Notes: generated by a model from the sequence alone, not told the origin. A stretch of DNA of 37,776 nt from an uncultured Bdellovibrionales bacterium (GCA_964567695.1 CAZMNQ010000003.1:1-37776), one strand, 5' to 3'; positions 16,033 to 25,846 are shown, counted from the stretch's first letter. Translations and numbers: made by a program.

Positions 16033-16992
16033 TCATTGATTTAATTCCCAAAGCAACTTAGCGGTTTTAATAGGATTATAAGTAGCGGCAGTGCAAATCG
16101 CGAAAAAGGTGTCTCGAGCATCTCCCTCTTTATTTACCAAAGCCGTTTTGTTAAATAGCATGGCGATATTATCCGCTGATACCCCTCCGCCGAAGATCAA
16201 AGGAATCGTGGCGGTAGGCACAACGGTCGACATAGTATAGTCGAAAGCCGGTTGCATGATGATATTGCCCGAATAACCTCCTTTGGTTTTTTCTCCGAGT
16301 GGAGATACTTCATAGGGAGATATTCCAAGTTTGACGGCGACATCAAAAGGAATAGTATTCATGCTGTGTATAATGTCCACACCAGCTTCTTCGAGTTGAG
16401 CATAGAAGCTGCTAGGATATACGATGCTGCCTTTGACTATCAGAGTTAGGTATGGAAATTCTCGCTTGATTGCCTCGCAAAGGCGTAAGATATTTCTCTG
16501 ATTGCTCAGAATATCTTCACCGGAATTTGGGCAGGATGGGTTTAGTTCGAGGATGCAGAATTTTTTCCCCAACACCCTTCGAAATATAGACAGGGCTTCC
16601 ATCGTTTCTTTGTATCCTGTCTCGTAACCCTTTGAGAAATTAACAAAGAAGCTGGGGACGACATTAAATCCCAGCGTCCAAGCAATTTTTATCATAATGG
16701 CACAAACCCATACGCCAGGATTTGTTAGTCCGTATGAATTCAGGATGCTCTGTAGGTCTTTAATTCTGTGGATGAATTTGTAGGTGAATAGATTCCACCA
16801 GATATAATTTCCATGGTGCCTGTAGCGGGTGGCCGACTTCGCAATTATCGCAGTATTGGTTAGCCAAGCTGTGAAAAGAAGAATCCAAAAAGGTGGATAA
16901 AAAATGTAGGGAAACATACCCATGCCACCATGTCCAAAGCAGGTGGATATGAGTATGTTTGTGAGTGGTTTATGCTCAGATGATTTGTTCAT
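16033..16992 (-). CDS. pyrD: Dihydroorotate dehydrogenase-like flavin TIM-barrel oxidoreductase (class 1 type)
   Basis: NSYGLTNPGV, ILELNPSCPNS (active-site Cys loop), LIVKGS, GGYSGNIIMQPA, PLIFGGGV. The likely start is ATG at 16992 (the ORF track starts 3 nt upstream at TTG), 7 nt downstream of a canonical AAGGAG (plus strand 17000-17005). Confidence 0.7.
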   Translation of the reverse strand: MNKSSEHKPLTNILISTCFGHGGMGMFPYIFYPPFWILLFTAWLTNTAIIAKSATRYRHHGNYIWWNLFTYKFIHRIKDLQSILNSYGLTNPGVWVCAIMIKIAWTLGFNVVPSFFVNFSKGYETGYKETMEALSIFRRVLGKKFCILELNPSCPNSGEDILSNQRNILRLCEAIKREFPYLTLIVKGSIVYPSSFYAQLEEAGVDIIHSMNTIPFDVAVKLGISPYEVSPLGEKTKGGYSGNIIMQPAFDYTMSTVVPTATIPLIFGGGVSADNIAMLFNKTALVNKEGDARDTFFAICTAATYNPIKTAKLLWELNQ

Positions 16993-17018
16993 CAAGATAC
17001 TCCTTTTTTCTGATTGAA

Positions 17019-18114
17019 TTAGTCCCGTACGGGAAATAATAATCTCGACCCGTTCCAGGGATTAGTGATAATCCCGTTGTTATAGGTCAAATCGTCAACT
17101 TTTTCGACAAGCTTACAGCGGTTAAATTCCTTGGAAATCGGAATCCCGAAAATCTTTCCGGCGTTCCAAGAAAGCAGTTCTGCTACGCGTTGATCAGAAA
17201 TGCCATGTTTTTGGGCGAGCGTGCAAATGACCGGAACCATTTCTTGGTTCGTGGGCAATCCTCCAAGTTTCTTTTCGATTTTTTCAGAGGTCGTGTGGTT
17301 TGCGTTGTCAGAACCGATAATAATCAATTTGATTATTTGTCAGAAGAAGACTTACGAGAAATTCACGATCTTCCCCTGAGCGTAGATTATTAAAGCACTT
17401 ATAAAAAACCGGATCCAAACTCGGATTCCAATTTGTGCCGTCCGCATCAAACCAGAGGTATTGCGGACAGAGCTCGATAACAATCCAAGGTCCTCGTAGT
17501 TGAGCTCGTAAGATAAGTTCGGCGTTTTGCCGGCACGAAACATGACAGATAACAATCTTGGCGCCTGGCACTTCTGATTCCAATGAAATCATATCTTCCA
17601 CATCAGCCACTTCGGCGTTAATGGAATTTCCTTCAATGGCAATAATTTCCGGGTTGTCGCAGTGGCGAGCATAAACCTTGCCATATTTCTTAGTAAGGCG
17701 CAGGCCGGCCAAGCGAGTTTCGCGACGACAAACCCCAATAGTTCCAGTTGTGACAGTTTTGCCGTCGGCGCTCAGGGGGTAATCCTTGAGTCCAATAACT
17801 TCATGATATTGGAGTGCGGCCTCGCATTCAGCCAGATTTGTATCTGTGATACCGAAATAGATAAATTGAGGGCATTGAATTCCAAGGACTGACTTGGCAT
17901 AGCGAATGAGGTTGATGTAGCGTCGGAGTATTTCCAATGTCGTGATTGCTGGTTTTGTATTCGGCATAAAAATGGAAGTTGAAATATGCGCTCCCATTGC
18001 TTCCAATAGAGTTTGATAGGGGGTTGTTTTATAAGATTGTTCCATGCCCCGGCTATGACAATGGCTGTCAATTATCATTGCTATCAAATACAAATACATT
18101 ATTGATCTAGACAT
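17019..18114 (-). pseudogene. pyrC: Dihydroorotase-like cyclic amidohydrolase split by a 1-nt frameshift (ORFs 17308-18114 and 17019-17327)
   Basis: N-terminal ORF has DSHCHSRG (HxH metal site), MPNTKP and CHVS. C-terminal ORF continues with IIIGSDNANH (equivalent to the D-H-A-P-H region). The two ORFs overlap by 20 nt in different frames. A canonical AAGGAG lies 8 nt upstream of the ATG at 18114. Confidence 0.7.
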
Positions 18115-18262
18115 GGATTATTCTCCTTGGTAGCTAGGGTTATATTGATTGAAAATCGGGTTATTTTGTTGGGAAGGTGCACAGTATTTGTAGCAAATTT
18201 ATATAGTTAGTGTCAACAGGAAATGGCTTTGCAACCCTTCAATAATAGTGTAGAATTAAGTT

Positions 18263-18691
18263 ATGGAAAAAAAGATAATTATGTACACAGACGGCGGATC
18301 GCATAATAATCCTGGACCGGCTGGAATTGGCATTTGGATTGAGACGCTAAATAAAAAATATGGTGAATATATTGGCATAAAAACCAATAACGAGGCGGAA
18401 TATATGGCCTTGATTTCTGGTCTGAAAAAGCTGAAACAACTGTTAGGTAAAACAGTCAAACAAGCGGAAATCGAGTGCTATTTGGATAGTGAGTTGGTAG
18501 TGAAACAATTGAATCACGAATACAAACTCAAAGATGAACGGATTCAGCAATTTTTTATCGAGATTTGGAATTTGATGCTGGAATTCAAGGCAGTTAAATT
18601 CAGGCATATTTTGCGCGAGAAAAATAAAATTGCTGACGCTTTGGTTAACGAAGCTTTGGACGCGCAGGAAAGACAAAAAAGTTTTTTATAA
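18263..18691 (+). CDS. rnhA: Ribonuclease HI
   Basis: MYTDGGSHNNPGPAGIG, NNEAEYMALISGL, DSELVVKQL, N..AD.L. DEDD catalytic pattern of type 1 RNase H. Confidence 0.85.
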   Translation: MEKKIIMYTDGGSHNNPGPAGIGIWIETLNKKYGEYIGIKTNNEAEYMALISGLKKLKQLLGKTVKQAEIECYLDSELVVKQLNHEYKLKDERIQQFFIEIWNLMLEFKAVKFRHILREKNKIADALVNEALDAQERQKSFL

Positions 18692-18711
18692 AAATTAAAA
18701 TATAGATCATC

Positions 18712-19722
18712 ATGAATATGAAAAAATATAGAAAAAGAATAATTTGGAGCCTGATTATCTTGGCGGTGATTTATGGCGGTTATAAATATTTTTCCGACAA
18801 CAAGCCGGTGACTACCTATGTCACGGAAGATGTGGCCAAAGGCACTTTGACGCAAACTGTTTCGGCGACGGGAAGATTTGATTCCAACGAACAAGTGGAT
18901 TTGTCATTCAAATCAACTGGTCGAATTGAAAAAATAAATGTGCAAATTGGCGACAAGGTTGTGAAAGGCCAACAATTGGCGGTGATGGAAAAAGGCGCTT
19001 TGGCGGAACAATTGCGACAAGCGGAAGCGGATATACAAGCGCAAAAAAATACTTTGAGCGATATGGTGGATAAAAAAGACACCACGACAAAAGATCAGCG
19101 CGACACGCAAAGAGCGATTGTGCAGAAAGTGGAAGCGGCGCGAGATGGGGTTTTGCGCCAGATAAGAGAAACTTCCATAGTTTCGCCGATAGACGGAATT
19201 GTGATTCAAAAAAATAATGAGGCAGGTGAATTGATTGCGGCGAACTCGCTGGTTCTGGCCGTAGCCAATCCAAATGATTTGGTTATTGAATCAAATATTC
19301 CGGAAGTCGACATTATTAAGGTGGCTATCGGGCAATCTGCCATAGTAACTTTTGATGCCCTGACGGAGAAGGATGTTTTTATAGCCAAGGTGATTGAAAT
19401 TGATCCGGCTTCGACCGTGATTCAGGATGTGGTTTTCTATCGCGTCAAATTGAAAATTGATAACGCTGACGGTCGGCTCAAGATTGGCATGAGTTGCAAT
19501 GATGATATTTTGACGGCGGAAAAAAATGATGTATTAATGATTCCGGAGCGCGCCGTGAAAACAGAAGGCGAAAAACAATTTGTAGAAGTTTTAAAAGCCG
19601 ATGGCATCACGATTGAAAAAGTCTATGTTGAAACCGGTTTGTCAGGGGACAACGGAATGATTGAAGTGAAGAACAATTTGAAAGAAGGCGAGAAAGTTGT
19701 GACTCTTACAAAAAGCGTATAA
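18712..19722 (+). CDS. Membrane-fusion / periplasmic adaptor protein (HlyD/MacA/YknX type)
   Basis: N-terminal TM, lipoyl-like hairpin (GRIEKINVQIGDKVVKGQQLAVM ... SPIDGIVI), central coiled coil and beta-barrel C-terminus. Confidence 0.8.
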   Translation: MNMKKYRKRIIWSLIILAVIYGGYKYFSDNKPVTTYVTEDVAKGTLTQTVSATGRFDSNEQVDLSFKSTGRIEKINVQIGDKVVKGQQLAVMEKGALAEQLRQAEADIQAQKNTLSDMVDKKDTTTKDQRDTQRAIVQKVEAARDGVLRQIRETSIVSPIDGIVIQKNNEAGELIAANSLVLAVANPNDLVIESNIPEVDIIKVAIGQSAIVTFDALTEKDVFIAKVIEIDPASTVIQDVVFYRVKLKIDNADGRLKIGMSCNDDILTAEKNDVLMIPERAVKTEGEKQFVEVLKADGITIEKVYVETGLSGDNGMIEVKNNLKEGEKVVTLTKSV

Positions 19723-19777
19723 AACAGGCAGTTCTTCAAATTTACCAAGGCACTTTTTTTAATTATACTCTTATTTT

Positions 19778-20506
19778 ATGAATTTGTCAAGTTTAATTCA
19801 GATAAAAAATTTATCAAAAACTTACGAAAATGAAGGGGTCGCGACTCCGGCAGTTTGCAGCGTGTCATTTGCGATTGAAAAAGGTGAATTTGTTTCAATT
19901 ATGGGACCGTCCGGTTCCGGCAAATCAACCCTGATGCAGATGTTGGGTTTTTTGGATCGGCCGACTGACGGAGAATATTTGTTTGAAGAAAAAAACACCG
20001 AGGGTTTCTCGGATGATGAGCTGGCGGAAATTCGCAATTCCAAAGTTGGTTTTGTTTTTCAAACCTTCAATTTGTTGCCCAGAACGACAGTTTTTGAAAA
20101 TGTCGAACTGCCGCTTCTATATGACAAAAAATTTTTCGAAGATAACACGCAAAAAGTTTTACAAGCTTTGCGCAGCGTTGGTATGGAACACCGCAAGGAC
20201 TATTTTTCCAATCAACTTTCCGGCGGTGAACGGCAGCGCGTGGCCATTGCGCGCGCTTTGGTCAATGACCCAAGTGTGATTTTTGCCGATGAACCAACTG
20301 GCAACCTGGATTCCAAATCCGGCACGCAAGTGATGAAAATTTTGCAGAAACTCAACGACGAAGGCAAGACAATAATCCTTGTTACACATGAGACTTTCAC
20401 CGCTGAGCATGGCAAGAGAATTATTAAGATGGTGGATGGAGCCATTGTTTTTGATGAGCTGATTGCCAATCGTCGTATTGCAACCGATGGTGAATTATTG
20501 AAATAG
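19778..20506 (+). CDS. ABC transporter ATP-binding protein, MacB/LolD family
   Basis: Walker A GPSGSGKST, signature LSGGERQRVAIARAL, Walker B VIFADEPTGNLD, H-loop VTHE. Confidence 0.9.
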   Translation: MNLSSLIQIKNLSKTYENEGVATPAVCSVSFAIEKGEFVSIMGPSGSGKSTLMQMLGFLDRPTDGEYLFEEKNTEGFSDDELAEIRNSKVGFVFQTFNLLPRTTVFENVELPLLYDKKFFEDNTQKVLQALRSVGMEHRKDYFSNQLSGGERQRVAIARALVNDPSVIFADEPTGNLDSKSGTQVMKILQKLNDEGKTIILVTHETFTAEHGKRIIKMVDGAIVFDELIANRRIATDGELLK

Positions 20507-20523
20507 AAAAATAGGCTAATATT

Positions 20524-21774
20524 ATGCGATTCACTGATCCGGTTAAAATTTCATATCGCAATTTGGTGGCGAACAAGTTTCGTTCTTTTTTGACGATTCT
20601 GGGAATTGTGATTGGAGTGGGGTCGGTGATTGTGATTATGGCGATTGGAGGTTCAGCGCAATCCTTGATTTTGAGTCAGATTTCCGGAATCGGTTCAAAT
20701 TTAGTCGGTGTTTTGCCGGGAGCTTCCGATGAAAAAGACCCGCCGGCGCAAGCGCTGGGAATTATCATTACCACTTTAACCTATGACGATTTTCTATCCT
20801 TGGTAGATAAAAAAAATGTTCCGAGTGTGGAAACCGGAGCGGCCTATGCGCAAGGAACACAAACTGTTTCACATCAGGATAATGATTTTTCTCTTGCGAT
20901 TATGGGTGTTACGCATGACTATATAAATGTGGAAAGTGTCGAAGTGGCGGAAGGAAGATTTTTTTCCTTGGAGGATGATGGGAGCCTTTCGCGAATTGTT
21001 GTTTTGGGCGCGAATGTCAAGGAAGATCTTTTTGGACAGGATAACGCGCTGGGAAAAAAAATAAAAATAAAGAACGAAAATTTTACGGTAATTGGAATTT
21101 TGAAGAAAAAAGGGAGCGCCGGCTTTGGCGTGGCAAGTCCGGACGATTCAGTCATTGTTCCATTAAAAACCGCGCAAAAAATAATTCTTGGAATAAATCA
21201 TTTGTCTTTTTTACGCTTGAAAATAAAAAGCATTGATGAAATTTCCAACGCAAAAGAAGACATCGTAATAACTTTACGAGAGCGCCATAATATTAAAAAT
21301 TCGAAAGATGATGATTTTTCGGTGCGTGATATTGCATCAGCTCTGGATACGATTACCAATGTTACTAATGTTTTGAAATATTTTTTGCTGGCCGTCGGAT
21401 CCATTTCTCTCTTGGTGGGCGGAGTGGGGATTATGAATATAATGCTTATTTCGGTTAATCAGCGGATTCGAGAAGTGGGGCTGAGAAAAGCGGTGGGAGC
21501 AAAAAACGGAACGATTATGACCCAATTTTTGATTGAATCGGTAACAATAACCTTGATTGGAGGAATTATTGGAATTATTTTGGGAGTATTAATTGCTTTT
21601 CTTATTTCAATCATCATCATTAATATATTCGGATATGATTGGAAGTTTATTGTTTCTTGGCAATCGATTGCGGTAGCAACGACAGTTTCAATTCTAATTG
21701 GTTTGATTTTTGGGTTGTATCCCGCCCGCAAAGCTTCACACATAAGTCCGATGGAAGCCTTGCGATATGAATAA
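20524..21774 (+). CDS. ABC transporter permease, MacB-PCD plus FtsX domain (paralog 1)
   Basis: N-terminal TM, large extracytoplasmic domain, C-terminal FtsX-type helices with GGVGIMNIMLISVNQRIREVGLRKAVGA and YPARKASHISPMEALRYE. Confidence 0.85.
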   Translation: MRFTDPVKISYRNLVANKFRSFLTILGIVIGVGSVIVIMAIGGSAQSLILSQISGIGSNLVGVLPGASDEKDPPAQALGIIITTLTYDDFLSLVDKKNVPSVETGAAYAQGTQTVSHQDNDFSLAIMGVTHDYINVESVEVAEGRFFSLEDDGSLSRIVVLGANVKEDLFGQDNALGKKIKIKNENFTVIGILKKKGSAGFGVASPDDSVIVPLKTAQKIILGINHLSFLRLKIKSIDEISNAKEDIVITLRERHNIKNSKDDDFSVRDIASALDTITNVTNVLKYFLLAVGSISLLVGGVGIMNIMLISVNQRIREVGLRKAVGAKNGTIMTQFLIESVTITLIGGIIGIILGVLIAFLISIIIINIFGYDWKFIVSWQSIAVATTVSILIGLIFGLYPARKASHISPMEALRYE

Positions 21775-23029
21775 AATTATGCATGGAATTTTAATTTCAA
21801 TTAAATTAGCTCTACACAATTTGCGTTCTAATGTGGGCAGAACGACTTTGTCCGTTTTAGGAATTGTGATTGGCGTGGTGTCAGTCGTTCTGGTTCTTTC
21901 ACTTGGTTTTGGAGTGAAAAACTATATTGTTGGCCAAATCGAATCTTTTGGAACGGATATAATTCAAGTGGAAGTGAAAGTTCCCCAAACGAAGCAGATG
22001 TCCGCAAAAAATATACAAGGAACAGCAAGCGGTTCAATTACTACTTTGAAAATTGACGATCTGGAAGAGGTTGGAAAATTGCCAAACATTGCCGGTTGGT
22101 ATGGAGCAAGTATTGGACAGGCTATTGCAAGTTACGGCTCAGAAACCAAACAGACCATAATTTATGCTGCCACAGCCGGAATTTTTGATATTGATCAACA
22201 AATAAAATTTGCAGCTGGTCTGGGTTATACAAATGATGAAGATAGGAGTTTGAATCAAGTGGTTGTTTTGGGGAGTCAAATCAAAGAAACTCTTTTCAAG
22301 GATGAAAATCCGGTAGGAAAAAACATTAAAGTAAAGGGCTTAAACTATCGGGTAATTGGTTATCTTGAAGAAAGAGGTTCGATGGCTTTTTTTAATTTTG
22401 ATGATTTGATATATATTCCGCTGGAAACTTATCAGAAAAAAATTGCAGGCATAGATTATGCGCAATCATCAATTTTTAAATTAAAAGATAAAAAGTTGAC
22501 TGATTTGACCATAGCTCAAACCGTGGATGTTATGCGGGATCGTCACAACATCACCGATCCGGAAAAAGATGATTTTGTGGTGGCATCTATTGAGGAGTTT
22601 ACAACGATGCTGGAGGATGTCTTTTTGATTGTCAATTTTCTTCTGATCTCTCTGACCTCAATTTCTTTGATTGTGGGCGGAGTGGGGATTATGAATGTGA
22701 TGTATGTTTCAGTGGTGGAGAGAACGCCAGAAATAGGCCTGCGCAAGGCCGTTGGAGCTAAAAATTCCAATATTCTTAAGCAATTTTTATTTGAATCAAT
22801 CTTTATAACAATTTTGGGCGGATTAGCGGGTATTGCTATTGGAGTGATTGTGGCTTTTTTTGCCACCAAGATGGCCATAAATGCCGGATATACAATATCC
22901 TTTGAAGTGTCCTGGTACGCCATTTCAATAGGCATTGTTTTTTCTGTTATAACCGGGGTGGGTTTCGGACTCTATCCGGCGCGCAAAGCTTCGCAATTGT
23001 CGCCGATGGAAGCATTGAGAAAAGAATAA
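21767..23029 (+). CDS. ABC transporter permease, MacB-PCD plus FtsX domain (paralog 2)
   Basis: Same architecture: GGVGIMNVMYVSVVERTPEIGLRKAVGA and YPARKASQLSPMEALRKE. Overlaps the previous gene by 8 nt. Confidence 0.85.
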   Translation: MNKIMHGILISIKLALHNLRSNVGRTTLSVLGIVIGVVSVVLVLSLGFGVKNYIVGQIESFGTDIIQVEVKVPQTKQMSAKNIQGTASGSITTLKIDDLEEVGKLPNIAGWYGASIGQAIASYGSETKQTIIYAATAGIFDIDQQIKFAAGLGYTNDEDRSLNQVVVLGSQIKETLFKDENPVGKNIKVKGLNYRVIGYLEERGSMAFFNFDDLIYIPLETYQKKIAGIDYAQSSIFKLKDKKLTDLTIAQTVDVMRDRHNITDPEKDDFVVASIEEFTTMLEDVFLIVNFLLISLTSISLIVGGVGIMNVMYVSVVERTPEIGLRKAVGAKNSNILKQFLFESIFITILGGLAGIAIGVIVAFFATKMAINAGYTISFEVSWYAISIGIVFSVITGVGFGLYPARKASQLSPMEALRKE

Positions 23030-23148
23030 TAATATTACGCAATACAAACAAATATGGTGCAAGTTGTTGCCTTTTTATGTTTATGCTAGTCTTTAGATAG
23101 GAGTATTTAAAAATTACAAAATTAAAAATTATAAAATTTAAATAAATT

Positions 23149-23475
23149 ATGGAAGAAGAAAATAAAATTAGCGAAGCGGAAGTTGAAAAAATAGAAAAAA
23201 TTGAAACAGAGCGGAATAAAAAAATGGATGTCTATATTGAATTCGCCCTGATTTTTATTTTAGGGATCCTCATCGGCATCGCTGTCAAAACCGAGGCTAA
23301 CAAAAAAATAACAATCGGCTTTGATGATTATCAGATGAAATTGTCCAAGCAGGATTTTAATATTAATAATTTGCAATTCGAGGTCGCTAAAAAGAATGTG
23401 GAGGAAGCGAAGATGGCCGAAGATGAAGCGCAAAAACAAAACAATGAAGCGCCAGTTGATGGAAGTGGAAATTAA
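23149..23475 (+). CDS. Small single-pass membrane protein, unknown function
   Basis: Charged N-terminus, one hydrophobic helix (VYIEFALIFILGILIGIAV), charged C-terminus. No recognisable family. Confidence 0.4.
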   Translation: MEEENKISEAEVEKIEKIETERNKKMDVYIEFALIFILGILIGIAVKTEANKKITIGFDDYQMKLSKQDFNINNLQFEVAKKNVEEAKMAEDEAQKQNNEAPVDGSGN

Positions 23476-23504
23476 TTTATAAATAAAAATATTTAATAAA
23501 AACT

Positions 23505-24521
23505 ATGGAATCAAAGAATGATAAAAAAATAAAGAATTTAATTTCAATCGCAATTCTTTTGGGCGGTCTTTTTGTCGGCAGTCTGTTTGTGGATGTGACA
23601 CAAATCATCAAGGGCAGTGGATTTTCTTCTAAGAATTTGAGCAAATCTGAAATTTTTGAGGCGAATGGCAAAACTTGGGTGGCCTACAGCGAGCCGGTGG
23701 TGGGCGTGAAAGTCATCAGTGATGATGCTTGCGACAAATGTGATCCATCCGAGGCCTTGGTGTGGTTGCGACGGGTCTTGCCGACAATCAGCGCGGAAAA
23801 GGTGGCTTTCGACAGCCAAGACGGCAAGGATTTGATTAACAAATTCGGCATAACGACTTTGCCAGCCTTTATTTTTGATGGAAATATTGCCAAGACGGAT
23901 TTTTATTCCCAGGCGCAAGTTCTGTTTGACGCAAAAGATGATTTGTATATCTTAAAAACGCAAGAGCTGGGGCTGACTCCTGGCAAATATTTGAATATTC
24001 CGGAAGTGAAAGAGGGCGATGCAACCTTTGGAAAGGCTGATTCAACCGTGAAAGTTGTGGTCTTTTCTGATTTTCAATGTCCATTTTGCAGATCTTTCTG
24101 GAATTCGCTACGCACGACGATGAAAGGCTATGAAGACAAGGTTTTGTTTGCCTATAAACATTTGCCACTTGGCATCCATCCGCAAGCTAATAATGCCGCG
24201 CTGGCTTCCAGTTGCGCGCAAGAACAAAATAAATTCTGGGAATATGGCGATAAGCTATATGCGACGCAAGCTGCTTGGGCATCGACAGCTGACACTCAAA
24301 TATTCAAAGACTATGCCAAAAGTCTAAGATTGGATGAAAATCAGTTCAATGAATGTCTGGACAGCAAAAAATATCAGGACAAAATCGATGCGGACAAAAA
24401 TGAAGCCAACAGCTTCGGCGTCTCAGGCACTCCTGCCACCTTCATCAACAGCCAGTTCAAAAATGGCGTCGTCAGCGCCGATGATTTGAAAACAGCAATC
24501 GATCAAGAATTAGCGAAATGA
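23505..24521 (+). CDS. Membrane-anchored DsbA-family thiol:disulfide oxidoreductase
   Basis: N-terminal TM. Thioredoxin-fold active site FSDFQCPFCRSF and cis-Pro region FGVSGTPATFIN. A degenerate second thioredoxin-like segment lies N-terminal. Confidence 0.8.
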   Translation: MESKNDKKIKNLISIAILLGGLFVGSLFVDVTQIIKGSGFSSKNLSKSEIFEANGKTWVAYSEPVVGVKVISDDACDKCDPSEALVWLRRVLPTISAEKVAFDSQDGKDLINKFGITTLPAFIFDGNIAKTDFYSQAQVLFDAKDDLYILKTQELGLTPGKYLNIPEVKEGDATFGKADSTVKVVVFSDFQCPFCRSFWNSLRTTMKGYEDKVLFAYKHLPLGIHPQANNAALASSCAQEQNKFWEYGDKLYATQAAWASTADTQIFKDYAKSLRLDENQFNECLDSKKYQDKIDADKNEANSFGVSGTPATFINSQFKNGVVSADDLKTAIDQELAK

Positions 24522-25300
24522 AAAATATAGAAATTATCACAAGTTCTCAGAATGCTCAGATAAAATTGTTGGGCAAATTGTCGCAAAAAAAGTATCGTCA
24601 TAAATTCGGAAAATTTATGATTGAAAATTTGGCGATTATTTATGATGCTTTGCGAGATGGCTATGCAGCGGAGTCTTTGTTTGCCACGCAGGAATTTATT
24701 AACAAGCATCTTGAGAAATTTGAATATTTACAAAAAAATTCACCCGACACCCAATTTTATTTAATCGATGAAAAGTTGAATAAGCAGTATTCCGAATTGG
24801 AAATGCCGTCTGGGATTACGGCGGTCTATAATATAAAAAAATCAGCTCTTGTACAAGGCCAATCAGTTGTCTATTTAAACGGCGTTCATGACCCAGGCAA
24901 TTTGGGCACGATTTTGCGCACGGCGCTGGCTTTCGATTTTGTGAATGTTGTGGTGGATGAAACTTGCGTTGATTTGTATAATGCCAAAACTTTGGGTGCA
25001 GCTAAGGACGCAATTTTCAAATTAAATATAATTGAAGATAAGGATTGTGAATGGTTGAAAGAAAATAAAAATGTTTTGCCGATTTATGCAGCCAATTCGA
25101 ATACCGGCACGCCTCTCCAAAAATTCCAAGCGCAAGAAATATTTTGTTTAGTTATGGGTAGTGAAAGTCATGGTGTGAGTGAGGATGTTTTGAGTTTGGC
25201 GCAGGAAAGTATCAAGATAGAAATTTCAGAAAAAATGGAATCATTAAATGTGGCCATCGCCACGGCTATTTTGCTATACAAATTACGCAAAGGCGCATAA
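24518..25300 (+). CDS. TrmH/SpoU-family RNA 2'-O-methyltransferase
   Basis: SpoU motifs GVHDPGNLGTILRTA, LVMGSESHGVS and SLNVAIATAILLY. ATGA start/stop overlap with the DsbA-like gene. Confidence 0.8.
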   Translation: MKNIEIITSSQNAQIKLLGKLSQKKYRHKFGKFMIENLAIIYDALRDGYAAESLFATQEFINKHLEKFEYLQKNSPDTQFYLIDEKLNKQYSELEMPSGITAVYNIKKSALVQGQSVVYLNGVHDPGNLGTILRTALAFDFVNVVVDETCVDLYNAKTLGAAKDAIFKLNIIEDKDCEWLKENKNVLPIYAANSNTGTPLQKFQAQEIFCLVMGSESHGVSEDVLSLAQESIKIEISEKMESLNVAIATAILLYKLRKGA

Positions 25301-25374
25301 AAGCACGCTCAGTTTAGGTTGGTTTCGTGACTATTGACAAAAAGCTAGAGATACTAGCATTTTTTTACGGGTAG

Positions 25375-25382
25375 TGTATAAT
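25375..25382 (+). promoter_or_regulatory. Extended -10 promoter element upstream of the HU gene
   Basis: TGTATAAT about 72 nt upstream of the start codon. Confidence 0.45.
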
Positions 25383-25453
25383 AAATGAGTACAAATGCAC
25401 TTGGGATAAACTGGGTGCAAAATTAAATAAATAATAATTAAAAAAACAATACT

Positions 25454-25735
25454 ATGGCAAAGATGACAAAGTCACAGTTGCTCGTTACTCTTGCAGAGCA
25501 AACAGGGCTGGCAAAGAAAGATGTGAAAAACTTTCTTGATGTGCTAACAGCACTAGCGTACAAAGAAGTTAAGAAGGTTGGAGAATTTGTTCTACCTGGG
25601 TTTGGAAAGATGGTAAAAGCAAAAAGAAAGGCGCGAGCTGGAGTTAATCCTGCTACAGGAGAAAAAATCCAAATTGCCGCAAAAACTGTTGTTAAATTTA
25701 GATTGGCAAAAGCTGCTAAAGAAGCAGTTCTATAG
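25454..25735 (+). CDS. hup: HU-family DNA-binding protein
   Basis: 93 aa. MTKSQLL..LAEQTGL.KKD...FLD, GFGKMVKAKRKARAGVNPATGEKIQIAAK (beta-arm with RNP-like signature). Confidence 0.9.
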   Translation: MAKMTKSQLLVTLAEQTGLAKKDVKNFLDVLTALAYKEVKKVGEFVLPGFGKMVKAKRKARAGVNPATGEKIQIAAKTVVKFRLAKAAKEAVL

Positions 25736-25760
25736 GCTGATTTTACTTTCAAATGGAAAT

Positions 25761-25798
25761 AGTCCCTCTGCCAGTTGGCAAATAGGGACTGTTTTTTT
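25761..25798 (+). terminator. Rho-independent terminator after the HU gene
   Basis: AGTCCCT...TGCCAGTTGGCA...AGGGACT stem-loop followed by GTTTTTTT. Confidence 0.75.
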
Positions 25799-25817
25799 AT
25801 TGGATTTTAAAGGCGAT

Positions 25818-25846
25818 TTGACAAAGTATCACATCTAATTCATAAT
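25818..25846 (+). promoter_or_regulatory. Sigma-70-type promoter upstream of the KH-protein gene
   Basis: TTGACA (25818-25823), 17-nt spacer, CATAAT (25841-25846). Confidence 0.55.
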
